Below, one piece after another: positions 24,541-37,065 of a stretch of DNA of 64,000 nt (positions are counted from its first letter, which is position 1; each line of letters starts with the position of its first letter). This DNA is from Octopus vulgaris. Its lineage: Eukaryota. The position numbers and the translations under genes were made by a program. A model generated the notes under the pieces. The model saw only the letters and a list, made by a program, of their open reading frames with translations. It had not been told where the DNA came from and did not search any database. The stretch lies in assembly GCA_951406725.2 (NCBI GenBank), contig OX597816.1, positions 179,304,001 through 179,368,000 of the forward strand, given 5' to 3'.

Positions 24541-25351
24541 TATATATAAAACATTATATTCTGAGTCATAGCAGTATGGTTAAGGGGACATTCTAAAACC
24601 ATTTCTCTACTCTTTTAAGATAAGGCATATGGCTGGCAATTCTCTCAACTGATTTAGATTTAAATGTATATGCATGAAGCATATACCAACTCCATAGCAG
24701 GCAACTGTTCTCTGAACATATAATGACTTTCACAAACTTGTGTTAAGAGTTTTATACTCAAGAATTCTTAAATTCCTTACTTCATTTTGGTACAGTAATT
24801 TGCCACATGAAAAATCTTCATAACCAAGTAAAAGTGTATACATCTGTGTGAATGTGTGTGGGTAGATGGCTGTAATAATTTGTACATGTGTAGTACATTA
24901 CAAAACTCCTACACTGTATTTAGATGAATATATATTTAGTTAAATAAACATGAGTAAATGAGGTGGTAAAAACAAATGAAGAAAAAATGGATAGAAAAAA
25001 AGCATTAGGTAAAATGTCAAGTATAATAAATGAAATCAACTAGAGGTCAGATTAGTTGACCCTAATAGGGTCTAAGTCTCTCAGTTTGTCACAAAATATA
25101 TCCATATATGGTTCATTGATATCCCCTAGATGATGCAAAAGTATTTCACCAAACATTTTAATTGGAATTTATGTACAAAAGTCTAATTCAATCAGTTATT
25201 AAAGACCATTTTTTGAAACTGAGTATAGATACTAACAAAATTAATAACAAGAGAAATTTGAATATTTCTAATACAGGAACATTAACAAAAATTTCTGATA
25301 AGGAATGTTGTTGATTAAATCAACTCTATTACATAACTGATATTTATTTTA

Positions 25352-26915
25352 TGAACAAAAGTCCTAATAAGTAGGAAGGTAGACAAACCACAAACGCCTT
25401 CAGGTAGATGGCCATGCTTGATCTGTAGAAAAGGCGTAGGTAGAAACTCTATAAGGTGCACCAAGTGTAAGCTATGGACACATAAGAGGTGCAGCAATGT
25501 CAAAGGAAGGCTAACTGGGAAGATAGTTTTTGTATGTGGCAGATGCTCGGGAGCAATAAACACTGAAAATCTGCAGAAAACATCTTCCGTCACTTTCCAG
25601 GGGAAAAAACTAGAAATAGTTGATAGCTTCCGTTACCTAGGTGACCAAGTCAGTAGTGGGGGCGGGTGTGCTGAAAGTGTAACTGCTAGAGTAAGAATAG
25701 CCTGGGCAAAGTTCAGGGAGCTCTTACCTCTGCTGGTGACTAAAGGCCTCTCGCTCAGAGTAAAAGGCAGACAATATGATGCATGTGTACAAACAGCCAT
25801 GCTACATGGCAGTGAAACATGGGCCTGACTGCTGAGGATATGCGTAAGCTCGCGAGGAATGAAGCCAGTATGCTCCGATGTGTGTAATGTCAGTGTACAT
25901 ACTCAACAGAGTGTAAGTACTTTGAGAGAAAAGCTGGACCTAAGAAGCATCAGATGTGGTGTGCAAGAGAGAGGGCTATACTGGTATGGTCATGTGGCAA
26001 GAATGGATGAAGATAGGTGTGTGAAAAAGTGTCACACCCCAGCAGTTGAGGGAACCCGTGGAAGAGGTAGACCCAGGAAAACCTGGGATGAGGTGGTGAA
26101 GCACGACCTTCGAACACTAGGCCTCACCGAGGCAATGACTAGTGACCAAGACCTTTGGAAATATGCTGTGCGTGAGAAGACCCGGCAGGACAAGTGAGTC
26201 CATCCCGTGTCATTTGCCAGGGATGTAGCCAGCCCACTTATGCATGCCTTTCCTTCCTTGGACACGTGAAGACCTATTGAGGCAAGTGAAATCTTCATCC
26301 GACAACTGGCACCCATGCCCACCTCCCTTGAAGACTTGTTGGGGCAAGTGAAATCGGAATCGGAATTGAACCAAATTCTATGACTGGCACCCGGCCATTG
26401 CCAGTGCCACTGGACTGACTCCTCTGCAGGTGGCAAGTAAATAAACATTGTTTTGACCCTGTGCTTGAGGAGACCTATTGAGTCAAGTACATCAACATCA
26501 AAAATCAATGGAAATTGTAGTTGTAATTCCTGTGCCAGTGGCACATAAAAAGCACCATCCAAACGTGGGTGATGCCAGCGCCGCCTCGACTAGCTTCCGT
26601 GCTGGTGACACGTAAAAAGCACCATCTGAACGTGGGTGATGCCAGTGCCGCCTCGACTGGCTTCTGTGCCGGTGGCACGTAAAAAGCACCAATCCGATCA
26701 TGGCCATTGCCAGCCTCGCCTGGCACCTGTGCCAGTGGCACGTAAAAAGCACCCACTACACTCACGGAGTGGTTGGCGTTAGGAAGGGCATCCAGCTGTA
26801 GAAACACTGCCAGATCAGACTGAAGCCTGATGCAGCCTCCTGGCTTCCCAGACCCTAGTCGAACTGTCCAACCCATGCTAGCATGGAAAACGGTCGTTAA
26901 ACGATGATGATGATG
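25352..26915 (+). mobile_element. 5'-truncated RTE-clade LINE
   Basis: ORF relics with a PHD-like Cys cluster, LEIVDSFRYLG, MLHGSETW, WYGHVARM and GTRGRGRPRKTW; 3' UTR with tandem units and (GAT)n tail. Confidence 0.9.
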
Positions 26916-26988
26916 AATCTCATTAGGATGAAGGCAAAGTTGCTGTAGCAGAATTTAAACTCAGAATGTAAAGGGATGTATGTGAGTA

Positions 26989-27388
26989 GGCGCACAGGAG
27001 TGGCTGTGTGGTAAGTAGCTTGCTTATGAACTACATGGTTCCGGGTTCAGTCCCACTGCGTGGCATGTTGGGCAAGTGTCTTCTGCTATAGCCCCGGGCC
27101 GACCAATGCCTTGTGAGTGGATTTGGTAGACGGAAACTGAAAGAAGCCTGTCGTATATATATATGTGTGCGTGTATGTTTGTGTGTCTGTGTTTGTCCCC
27201 CTAGCATTGCTTGACAACTGATGCTGGTGTGTTTACGTCCCCATCACTTAGAGGTTCGGCAAAAGAGACCGATAGAATAAGTACTAGGCTTACAAAGAAT
27301 AAGTCCCAGGGTCGAGTTGCTCGACTAAAGGTGGTGCTCCAGCATGGCCGCAGTCAAATGACTGAAACAAGTAAAGAGTAAGAGAGTA
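26989..27388 (+). mobile_element. Intact CORE-type tRNA SINE (OR-like) with internal TA/TG microsatellite
   Basis: GGAGTGGCTGTGTGGTAAG (A box), GGTTCAGTCCC (B box), TTGGGCAAGTGTCTT (CORE-like), internal (TA/TG)n, tail AAACAAGTAAAGAGTAAGAG. Confidence 0.9.
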
Positions 27389-27779
27389 GGTCGTTTGTCC
27401 ACACCCTTTTGAGTTAACAGAGATATGTGATAACATAAGCAGTTCATATTCGTGTTTTAGTTTTCACATTTATTCACTGTTAAGTAAAGAGGTGTTGCGA
27501 CTGTCTCCAAGTTACAAGTACCAAGTTAATAATCTTCAAGCTATTTATCTTTTAAGGTTAGCAACCAGTCACTCAGTAACTTTCTTTAGTGCTGCTTCTA
27601 CTGCCGCTATGGCTATGACACACATACCATATCATCAACTTTACTGTTACCAACTTGACATTTTCTTAGGATGTAGGACATAAAATGGCATTTACTTACT
27701 AAACTGATAAATGAATTGATAAACTATTTTCTATTTGTTCATGTTGTATAGAAATACTGAATATCAAAATATAATTTCA

Positions 27780-28135
27780 GCAGGCATGGCTGTGTGGTAA
27801 GAAGCTTGCTTCCCAACTACATGGTTCCAGGTTCAGTCCCACTACATGACACCTTGGGCAAGTGTTGTCCACTATAGCCTTGAGCTGACCAAAGCCTTGT
27901 GGGTGCAGTGTAACTTTGTGTCTGTGTTTGTCCACCACTACCACTACCACTTAACAACTACTGTTGGTGTGTTTACATCCCCATAACTTGGCGGTTTGGC
28001 AAATGAGACTGACAGAATAAGTACCAGGCTTTAAAAGAAAAAAGAAGTATTGGGGTTGATTCATTCAACTAAAAATTCTTCAAGGCTCCAGCATGACCAC
28101 AGTCTAATGGCTGAAACAAGTAAAAGATAAGAGAT
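27780..28135 (+). mobile_element. CORE-type SINE
   Basis: Same head and tail as 26989-27388 with an internal deletion. Confidence 0.85.
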
Positions 28136-28193
28136 ATAAAAATTGCTTTATGGAAGTAAAATATATTGAAACACGCAAGCAAGAGCGGAAGGC

Positions 28194-28271
28194 ATGAGCA
28201 GGAGTGACGACGTTCCTGTTCGGACACTGGTCAGTGGGGTAGCAATGACAATGGCCTGTGAGCTACCGAAA
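28194..28271 (+). CDS. Candidate first coding exon (MSRSDDVPVRTLVSGVAMTMACELPK)
   Basis: GC- and CpG-rich unique patch; ATG with an in-frame upstream stop; possible phase-0 donor AAA|GTAGGA. Confidence 0.25.
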
Positions 28272-28795
28272 GTAGGATATATTATTTTCTTTTAGCTATA
28301 AATGTTAACTTCTGTTCATCCTGAATACAATAAATGTGGTATCTTTTATAGTATATCAACAACATGTAGAACAGAGGTGTGCTGCAAGGTAGCATCTTGT
28401 CCCAGTCATTTTGCCCCTATTTCATACCTTTGGAAGTCCTTTTCAAGTTTGTTAATAGTAGCACATCAATTTAGAAAGCAACATTCTGGGGCACCACCAT
28501 TATTCCCTTTTTTCTTTTGTCGTTTGGTTTAAATGCTTATCAGTATTATGAGAGTAGACAGATACAGAAGGGAATGCGGATATGATAGTTAATTAGCTTG
28601 TCAGCTAGATAGGTAGGTGAGTCTACAGATATATGAAAAGCTATGCAGATAGAGAGATATATTAATAAATATAGAAGAAGATATGTAACTGAACTGAATT
28701 GAATTGAAAAGAAATGAAAATAATCTCAGTTGGTATATAACTTTGACAGAGCCTTGGTAGTGGTTAGACTACGAAAAGTGTACTTTTAATTATAC

Positions 28796-28798
<3 letters not shown>

Positions 28799-28852
<54 letters not shown>

Positions 28853-29220
28853 AATTATTGTGTACAATGCTCAGGTGGACCACAACTTGTCAAAAGTGCA
28901 TATAAAGCAGTCTGGAAAGTGAACAGTGTATGAGTCAGATACATGCTTGCGTGTGTATGGAGCGGAGAAAATTAGGTGTAGTGTTGGCGAATCTCAGGGA
29001 GCATGGAAGTTTTGAAGGATGCAGTGCTCCGACAACTAACAACTGATGCCGGCAGTCTGTTCCATGCTTCAGCAACTCTTAGCGTGAAAAAATGTTTCCA
29101 AAAGTCATGGGAGCTGTGCTGTTTTCTGACTTTGTAAATATGTCCACGGGTGTTAGACGGGTGGAGTTTGAAAAGGTGCTCAGACTTATTGTTTGTAAGA
29201 TGGTTGATAATTTTATATAC
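28799..29220 (-). mobile_element. CR1/L2-like LINE 3' end with (ATT)n tail
   Basis: Minus strand SNTRGHIYKVRKQHSSHDFWKHFFTLRVAEAWNRLP; tail similar to 18880-18920. Confidence 0.85.
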
Positions 29221-29502
29221 AAATAAGTTTTATCATTTTAATTCATCTTTTATTTCCTTAAACTATAAAGCACATCATCATCATCATCATTGTTTTACAT
29301 CATATCTGTCAGAATTATTAAAAGAAAGAAAATAATCAATACCTTCTAAGTTTATTTCGATTATATTTGATTAAATGGCAGGATTCCAAAAGAATTTTTT
29401 GAAATTCCTTACTTATGTTTGATATAACAGCATAATGTTTTCAAATATACTGACTTACCCTGTGGAATTTCCACAAGTCCTACCAGTTACTATTGCTATT
29501 AT

Positions 29503-29935
29503 TGAGCTGGCAGAATCATTAGCACGCTGGAGGGAATGTTTAGTGCTATTTCGCCTGTCGCTATGTTCTGAGTTCAAACTCTGCGAAGGTCAACTTTGCC
29601 TTTCATCCTTTTGCGATTGATAAATTAAGTACCAGTGAAACACTGGGGTTGATGTAATTGACCAGCCCCTTCTCCAAAATTTCAGGCTTTGTGCCTGTAG
29701 TAGAAAGGATCATTATTATTATTAAACCCATGACCTGGCAAAATTGTTAGCACATCAAGTAAAATGCTTTGCAGCTTTTCATCCTGTTTTACCTTCTGAG
29801 TTTAAATACTACTGAGCTTGATTTTTCCTTTTGTCCTTTTGGGGTCAATAAAATAAGTACCAGTTGGGTATTGGGGTTAATGTAACTAGCTCCTTTCCTC
29901 TAAACTATCAGGTCTTGTACCTATAGTAGAAAGGG
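29503..29935 (+). mobile_element. Two tandem Nin-type SINEs
   Basis: GAGCTGGCAGAATCATTAGCAC..GCCTTTCATCCTTT at 29503-29715; second copy at about 29735-29935. Confidence 0.8.
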
Positions 29936-29998
29936 TTCTTCTTCTTCTTCTTCTTCTTCTTATTCTTATTATTATTAATATTATTATTATTATTAATA

Positions 29999-30517
29999 TT
30001 GAGCGAGAGAGCAGTGCATGCCATCAAAGTGTCACCGGGGTAAAATATATGAAGCCCAGTATACCCATCATGACTACCCGTCTGATAAGGGTACACCAGG
30101 CACATGCATCACAACCATATGTGCGCAACATGGTGATCTCATATCAAGATAAATAACACATGGACTTGCAGGTAGGGCCCAGTTAGAATTTTCTTCAGGT
30201 CACATAGCCCAGCCTACTCAAAAGGTCCCTGAATAAGGGTTGTTTAAGGATGTTGAATGAAATACCCATGTTTCCAGAGGTGAAGTATTAAAATCCCAAA
30301 GAATTGCCCTCAACACATGGCTATGATGCTCCCCCACTACTTCTGCTCACGATCAGAGATGCACATATTGTCAGCCACAAAGAAACATGCACAACTCGTA
30401 ATTGAGCAGAATATTTTCTGTAGTCCATCATTTTTACCAAGACCAAACAATGTACATGATAACAATTCCAGTCAGTTAAGATCAGAAACCATGAGAGCCA
30501 GTGACTGATACTGCATA
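29999..30517 (-). mobile_element. Unclassified non-autonomous repeat with (AAT)n-type tail
   Basis: Its 3' part recurs at 45390-45570(+); its middle recurs inside the MITEs at 33844-34325 and 60587-61114. Confidence 0.7.
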
Positions 30518-31427
30518 TCATTATTATTTATCATACAATTATTTAACACCTCAGTCCCCATTGCTACTGTTGTTGCTGTCATCAGTTCCACCACATTTAC
30601 CACTACAGCCACCATCGTTTTCCTCCTTCTCATCATCATCATCAACAACAAAAGCAGCATCATTACCACCAGCAGAGAGTCACAGATTAAAGAATGAGAC
30701 AGTGCAAGTATGTTCCTGAGATGGTGGCTCATTGAAACTTTAAGAAATGATGTGATGGAAGAAATGGATCCAATACTAAAAGAGTGAAGACACTGCCAGT
30801 GAAATATAAATGGAAAGGTTTAGAAGAGAAAGGGAGAGACAGGGATTATAAGAAGCAACACAGTTTTATTCAAGAACAAGAAGTTAAGGATTAGAGTACT
30901 TTCTAAAACATCTTGGCGAATTAAAATATGAAGTGCTTTAAAACATAATGCAAAATATCATGAGAAATTACTGGGTCATAACTGGCTATGTTCTCTGTGA
31001 TGTGGAGATCATCTGTACACTTCAGTGGTTAAAAAGAAAGAAGGGGTGGGAAATGTCTGAATGCAAAGTTGTACAACAAACAGACTGGATTATACTGATC
31101 AAATAATTATCTATTGAAATTAACCAGATGTTTGTGCATGAAGTGATTAAGGAAATACATAAACTTCAAGGATAATAAGTGTCGATATTGAAAGTTACAG
31201 GATAAGTTGATGGTACAATACTAATTAAAGTGACTAATGAGATTATGCTCTGAACCATGATTGATGTTATTCTCAATAACTGGTGTAGAATAATCAAGTA
31301 CTTAAAAGTTAAAGGTATGAAATTAAAGTACATATGTAGCTGGGTATAATAGAGAGGGGCATAGCCATATTCAGACAAACCATGCATCAAGGTTCTGTAT
31401 GTGTGTATAATATATACATACACATAA

Positions 31428-31648
31428 GGCAGTGAGCTGGCAGAACCATTAGCAAGTTGGGCAAAATACTTAGTAGTATTTTGTTTGTCTTTACATTCTG
31501 AGTTCAAATTCTGCTGAGGTCAATTTTGCCTTTTATCCTTTTGGGGTCAATAAAGTAACATAAATACAAGTTGAATACTGGGGTCAATGTAATCAACTTA
31601 TACCCTCCTCTGAAATTGCTGGCCTTGTGCCAAAATTTGAAACCAATA
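31428..31648 (+). mobile_element. Nin-type SINE
   Basis: GGCAGTGAGCTGGCAGAACCATTAGC..GAGTTCAAATTCTGCTGAGG..GTGCCAAAATTTGAAACC. Confidence 0.85.
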
Positions 31649-31877
31649 TACACAAGTATGTACATATAAATACAAATTAGATTGCTAGTGATGGGTCTAT
31701 TCTAGTAATTGAGAAACCTTCAATCGAAATCCTGGTTAGGTCCTCGTAAAGAGAAGAACTACCAAATCAAATTATGAAGACAAGGAGAAAAATTGTAATT
31801 TGGAATGTATCAAAAACTATGATTCCATGGCTATGTAATAAGAACAAAAGAACAGACACCGAAACACACACAACTAC

Positions 31878-31904
<27 letters not shown>

Positions 31905-31908
<4 letters not shown>

Positions 31909-32503
31909 CAATGTAAGTGTATATGTATGACAGAGTACTAGTGTATTAAGAGAAAAGTTAGGCATAAAAAGAATTAGATGCAATGTGCAAGAGAGGGCTG
32001 CACTGGTTTGGTCATGTGATACTGATATATGATGACTGCTCTGCAAAGAAGTGCTGATCACTCAAAGTAGATGGAACTTGTGGAAGAGGGAAACCCAGGA
32101 AAACATGGAACAATGTACTGAAGGATGATCTTAGGATACTGAACCTTACAGAGGAGATGATAAAAGATTGAGATACCTGGCACCTTGCTGTACTCAAGAA
32201 GACCTGTCCTTTGCAGCAGAAGTGTTAATGTTGCTTCCCCTGCTGAAGAGGATCGGCCTGCAAAAGCCCCATGCCGCCAGTGCCATGTAAAAAGCACCTG
32301 TACCAGCCCCATGTAATAACTCTCGTGTCAGTGCAACATGAAAGCACCGATGCTGGTCCCATGTAAAAACCACCCAGTGGAGCACTCTGTTAAGTGGTTG
32401 GTGTTAGGAAGGGCAACCAGCCATAGAAACCAAGCTAAATAAGACTGGTGGGACCTGGTGCAACCCATGACAACATGGAAAACATGTTAAAGAATGATGA
32501 TGA
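31905..32503 (+). mobile_element. RTE 3' fragment (older copy)
   Basis: LREKLG, WFGHV and GTCGRGKPRKTW-like coding sequence plus the shared tail. Confidence 0.8.
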
Positions 32504-32511
32504 TATATATA

Positions 32512-32702
32512 AGGTGCAAGTGTGGTTCTATGGTAAGGAGTTTGCCTCCCAACTGCATAGCTCTGGGTTCAGTACCGCAGTGAGACAAGCGTTTTCTACT
32601 ATAGCTCTGAGCCAATCAAATTCTGGAGAGTTGACTTGGTGGATGGAAACTGAAAGAAGCCTGTCATATATATGTATATCTATCTGTCTATCAATCAATC
32701 AT

Positions 32703-32739
<37 letters not shown>

Positions 32740-33015
32740 GTGTGTGTGTGTGTGTGTGCGTGTGTGTGTGCATATTTGCATCTCCTTGTCTTGACATTGC
32801 ATAATAGTTGCAAGATGATTGCCACTGTCATATAAGCAGTGTCATTTATTTCCAGTATCCTGTGAGAACATATCTGGGTGTGGAGAAATATTTACCTTAC
32901 AAGTGAAGGTTGGTGAAATGAAGGGCACCTGACCATAGAAAAATCTACCCCAATAAGCTCCATTTGACCCATGCAAACATGGAAAAGTGGATGTTAATAT
33001 GATGATGATGATGAT
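32512..33015 (+). mobile_element. SINE variant: CORE-type head, internal microsatellite and RTE-like (GAT)n tail
   Basis: Head resembles 26989; tail GACCCATGCAAACATGGAAAAGTGGATGTTAA(TGA)n; related minus-strand copy at about 51800-52150. Confidence 0.65.
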
Positions 33016-33843
33016 AGTAATGTATGTATGTAAATAAATGCATAATTTCAGTCAACCAAATTCCACTATAAGATATTGTGAACATGTATAGCAGAAAACA
33101 TTTGTCCAACATCCTGTGCAGTGGAATTGAATCCAGAGCATTTAGCTGTGAAACAAACTTTGTAACCCCCGTGCCTGTACTTTTCTTTTACCACTCCCCA
33201 GATCTCTTCTTATCCATTTTGTACCATCCTACTTAGCCACCAAACCACACTGTCCATATTTTTATCCCAGCTTTTGTTATGCCTATATTCTTATCCTGGG
33301 ATATGCGAATTAATAACCTATAGGTCAAACTTATTAATAGATACAATTATAATATTTGAAATGATGCATCTCAGAATGTTTAAGATTTCTTCAAGTGAAT
33401 CAAAAATTTCTTGTCTGGCAAGAAAGTGAATAAAGATAGCATATGTTCATTATTTTACAGCATCTTATTTTATCAACAGTGGAAGGACTAGTCAAAGTCA
33501 AAGCCTCCAAGGCTTGACATAAAAAATTTGAGGCATCAAAGTAGATGGATACTGTAATGTATCCTATTTAACTGAGTCCCCTGCTTTTCTTTGCAATATA
33601 AGAGAAATACAAATAAAAAATCAATTCACTCTGCAAAGTAATTGGTGTTAAGAAGAGTATTCAGTCATAGGAACCAAGCTAAAAATGGTAAGTACAAGTG
33701 AGAAATGCTCTTGTGATCCATCGAAGAGGGTGATTATTCTAAATAAGGACTAGTTCAGATTTTGACAACCTCTCCAACCTATGCTAGCATGGAAAACAGA
33801 CATAAAATCATGATGATGATGATGATGACAATAATGATGATTA

Positions 33844-34325
33844 CACTGTGTAACAAAAAAGTTTAATTATTTTTTTGTCTTTTGTCAGTAAGTGTTATTT
33901 CCTATTCACTTCTATTTAGAAATCAAAGGAAATGACTACTTTCCCCTTCAGACTTTGTTTTTATGACCTGTTTTGAAACTGACCTATTTTCCATTACATC
34001 CCAGACAGATTCAGTGCTGAGTTACAGAAGCAGAGATATTGTTATAGCAAATATTCTGCTCAATACCACAGATTTGCTTGTCAGTTACTTGACCTTAAAC
34101 TACTTGAGCATGTCCCTTAATGGTGACAAATTGTGCATCTCTGATCATGAGCAGGAGTAGTGGGGGAGCATCATAGCCATGTGTTGAAGGGGTTTCTTTG
34201 GGGTTTGAATAAGTGTAATAAAAGCAAAGTTTGAAGGAAATATTGATTATTTTTCATACTTTCAAGGGATAAGCAAATAGGAAATAACAGTTGCTACCCA
34301 GGGACTAAAATTGTGTCATACAGTG
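33844..34325. mobile_element. MITE with CACTG termini and TTA TSD (Chapaev3/CACTA-like)
   Basis: TTA|CACTGTGTAACAA..TTGTGTCATACAGTG|TTA; subterminal TTATTTCCTATT and AATAGGAAATAA; second copy at 60587-61114. Confidence 0.75.
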
Positions 34326-34712
34326 TTATGAAGATGATGACAATGATGATGATGGTGATAATAGTGGTGATTATGATGATAAGCATCAATATTTGAGAAA
34401 ATATGCACTTTTGAAGAACAGACAAAAATCTTCATATAGACATTGAAACACATTAAAAGATCATGTTTTGTCCAATGTTATTCCAGGAGATCAAATTTCA
34501 ATCAGCCACAGTTCCCATATCCATCTGCCAAACTTTCTTAAGAAACCTAGGAATACATGTAAATTAAAGAAAGCTGAAGAATACTCCCTCTCTCTTTCTC
34601 TTCTCCTCCTCCTCCCTCTGTGTTTCTATCTCTAACATTTTTGTTGATAATAACAGGTTTAGTCATCTTCCAAGATAATTGAGTAATCTGCCTCACTGGT
34701 TCAGCAAAGGAG

Positions 34713-35140
34713 ATCATCATCATCATCATCATCATCGTTTAACGTCCACTTTCCATGCTAGCATGGGTTGGACGGTTCAACTGGGGTCTGGCAAGCCCGA
34801 AGGCTGCACCAGGCCAGTCAGATCTGGCAGTGTTTCTACAGCTGGATGCCCTTCCTAACGCCAACCACTCCGAGAGTGTAGTGGGTGATTTTATGTGCCA
34901 CCGACACAGGTGCCAGACGAGGCTGGCAGACGGTCACGCTCGAATGGTGTTTTTTATGTGCCAGACGAGGCTGGCAGACGGCCACGCTCGGATGGTGTTT
35001 GTTACATGCCCACAGCACGGGGCCAGTCGATGCGGTACTGGCTACGGTCCCGTTCGGATGGTTTTCTTATGTGCCACCGGCACTGGTTCCACAAGGATAC
35101 AAATTCCATTGATGTTCATCTATTGATTTGATTCGATTTG
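34713..35140 (-). mobile_element. RTE 3' end fragment with tandem units
   Basis: (ATC)n followed by the shared tail; GTGCCAGACGAGGCTGGCAGACGG occurs twice. Confidence 0.85.
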
Positions 35141-35590
35141 AAAATTAAATATTTCTGGAAGTAATGCTGTCATTATTTAGAAGGAAGTTTCATCAAATAA
35201 CACATTTCACCTGTATTAATCAATGCACATACTCGTGTGTACACATATCTGTGTATTTTGTATACATATATGTATGCATACATGTAAGCATGTACGTATG
35301 TGTGTGTGTGTGTATATGTATGTATGTATGTATGTTTGAATGAAGGTATATTTATGTAGTTGTGTATGTATGAATGTGTGTGTTTGTATATGTGAATGTG
35401 AGTGTGTGTATGCATGAATGTACATGTGTATGTATATATGACTCAGTTTGTGAATGCTTTTATGGTTGTGTAAATGTGTGTGCATCCATACATGTATGAA
35501 CACAAGTGAGTGTTATCCTACATAAACTAGCCTCAGAACCAAACTCCTCTTCCTCTCTTAATTCTCTTATTTCAGTTCTTTTGTTTCCAG

Positions 35591-35627
35591 ATTCCGCTCT
35601 CAGAATATCTCCACACGATCGTTAACA
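35591..35627 (+). CDS. Candidate 37 nt internal exon of an unidentified host gene
   Basis: Strong acceptor TTCTTTTGTTTCCAG and donor ACA|GTAAGG; CpG-rich in CpG-poor unique DNA; open as IPLSEYLHTIVN or FRSQNISTRSLT. Confidence 0.4.
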
Positions 35628-36585
35628 GTAAGGAATGAATTAGTTCCCCATCACCCATCTCTACCTTTTCTCCTCCACCTGCTTCTCTTTCTTCTTTCCC
35701 CATCTCACCCCTTCACTTATCTCTACTTTTTATTCTCTTAATCTCTCATTCTCACTCTATCAAACTGTCTGTCTGAAATTACTTCTACTTCTCTCAAGAA
35801 TTTTGGAATGAAGGATTAATAATTGAAGAGAATTATAGAGAAATACTTGAAAAAAGGTAATACTTGTCATTCTACTTTTTTTTTAAACTTCACTCATCAG
35901 TTTTTTTATTGTTAAAAAAAATTAAACCTTGTCTGGATAAATGCACCAAATATACGTGGGAATGAGTTGTTGTCATTGCTGCTGCTGCTGTGTGTGTGTG
36001 TGTGTGTGTGTAAATATGATATTGACCACAGTACTTACTTTAGTACATAATCAGTTTCTGTTTTGAAATATTTAAAGGTTACTTTTCTAATGTAAAAAAA
36101 ATCCTCAAAAAACCTAACTTGCTACTCTGTTTTAGACTGGTATACACAAACACAGGCACATATATTTATAAAGAGAAAAAGAGAGAGAGAGAGAGGGAGA
36201 AAGGGAGAGGGAACAGAGTAAAAGAAAGAGGAAATCTTGTAAATATATTTTAGTCCATACATGCAAGCATTTACATAAACACAAATAATAGTGTCGCCCA
36301 TCCCCCCACCCCAACCATACACATCAACACGTACACATGTAGTTTACTGTGACTTGAGTCAATAGCTTCAAATCAGTGGTTTCCTTACAATGATATAAAG
36401 AAATGATGTTTTTTCATGGCAGGATATGAAATAAGATAGAAAGTGGTCACAAACCTCTTGTTACATACTCAGTCATTATTATTTTACATTGTATAGTTGA
36501 AACAGGAATAAATTGAACAGAGGATATCATTTTCCATTATAAAAACTTGATACATATTTAGATTAATACTATTCTCTTTATTTAG

Positions 36586-36637
36586 GTGAAACATCTAGTA
36601 AAAATAGGATTGCACAAGAGCAAGGGACTTGCTGTAG
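36586..36637 (+). CDS. Candidate 52 nt internal exon
   Basis: Acceptor TTCTCTTTATTTAG and donor TAG|GTAAAA; stays open when joined to 35591-35627 in either frame (..NSETSSKNRIAQEQGTCC or ..SLTVKHLVKIGLHKSKGLAV). Confidence 0.38.
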
Positions 36638-36701
36638 GTAAAATATTACAAATGTGACTGCATTTTAGGTTGTTATATTGGACAAAAGTATCAAGTAGAT
36701 C

Positions 36702-37065
36702 TTTTATCTTTTACTTGCTTCAGGGACACAACCTTGAAGAATTTTAGTTAAATAAACTGACTGCAGTATTTATTTTTTAAAACCTGGTACTTATTCTATT
36801 GGCCTCTTCTGCTGATTCACACAGTTACAGGATATAAACACACCAGCACCAATTGTCAAGTGGTGGTGGTGGGCAGACAGACACAAAGACACACACACAC
36901 AGGAGTAGGCTTCTTTCAGTTTCTGTCTACCAAATTCACTCACAAGGCTTTGGTCAGCCCAAGGCTATAGCAGAAGACACTTGCCCAACATGCCATGGGA
37001 CTGAAGTAGGATCAGATCTAGAACCATGTGATTTGGAAGCAAACTTCTTATCACACAGCCATGCC
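36702..37065 (-). mobile_element. CORE-type SINE
   Basis: Reverse complement of the 26989-27388 architecture. Confidence 0.85.

Noticed and set aside
30555-30707. Possible Ser/Pro-rich exon ending at GTATGT
   Set aside because: Low-complexity decayed trinucleotide repeats next to a repeat element
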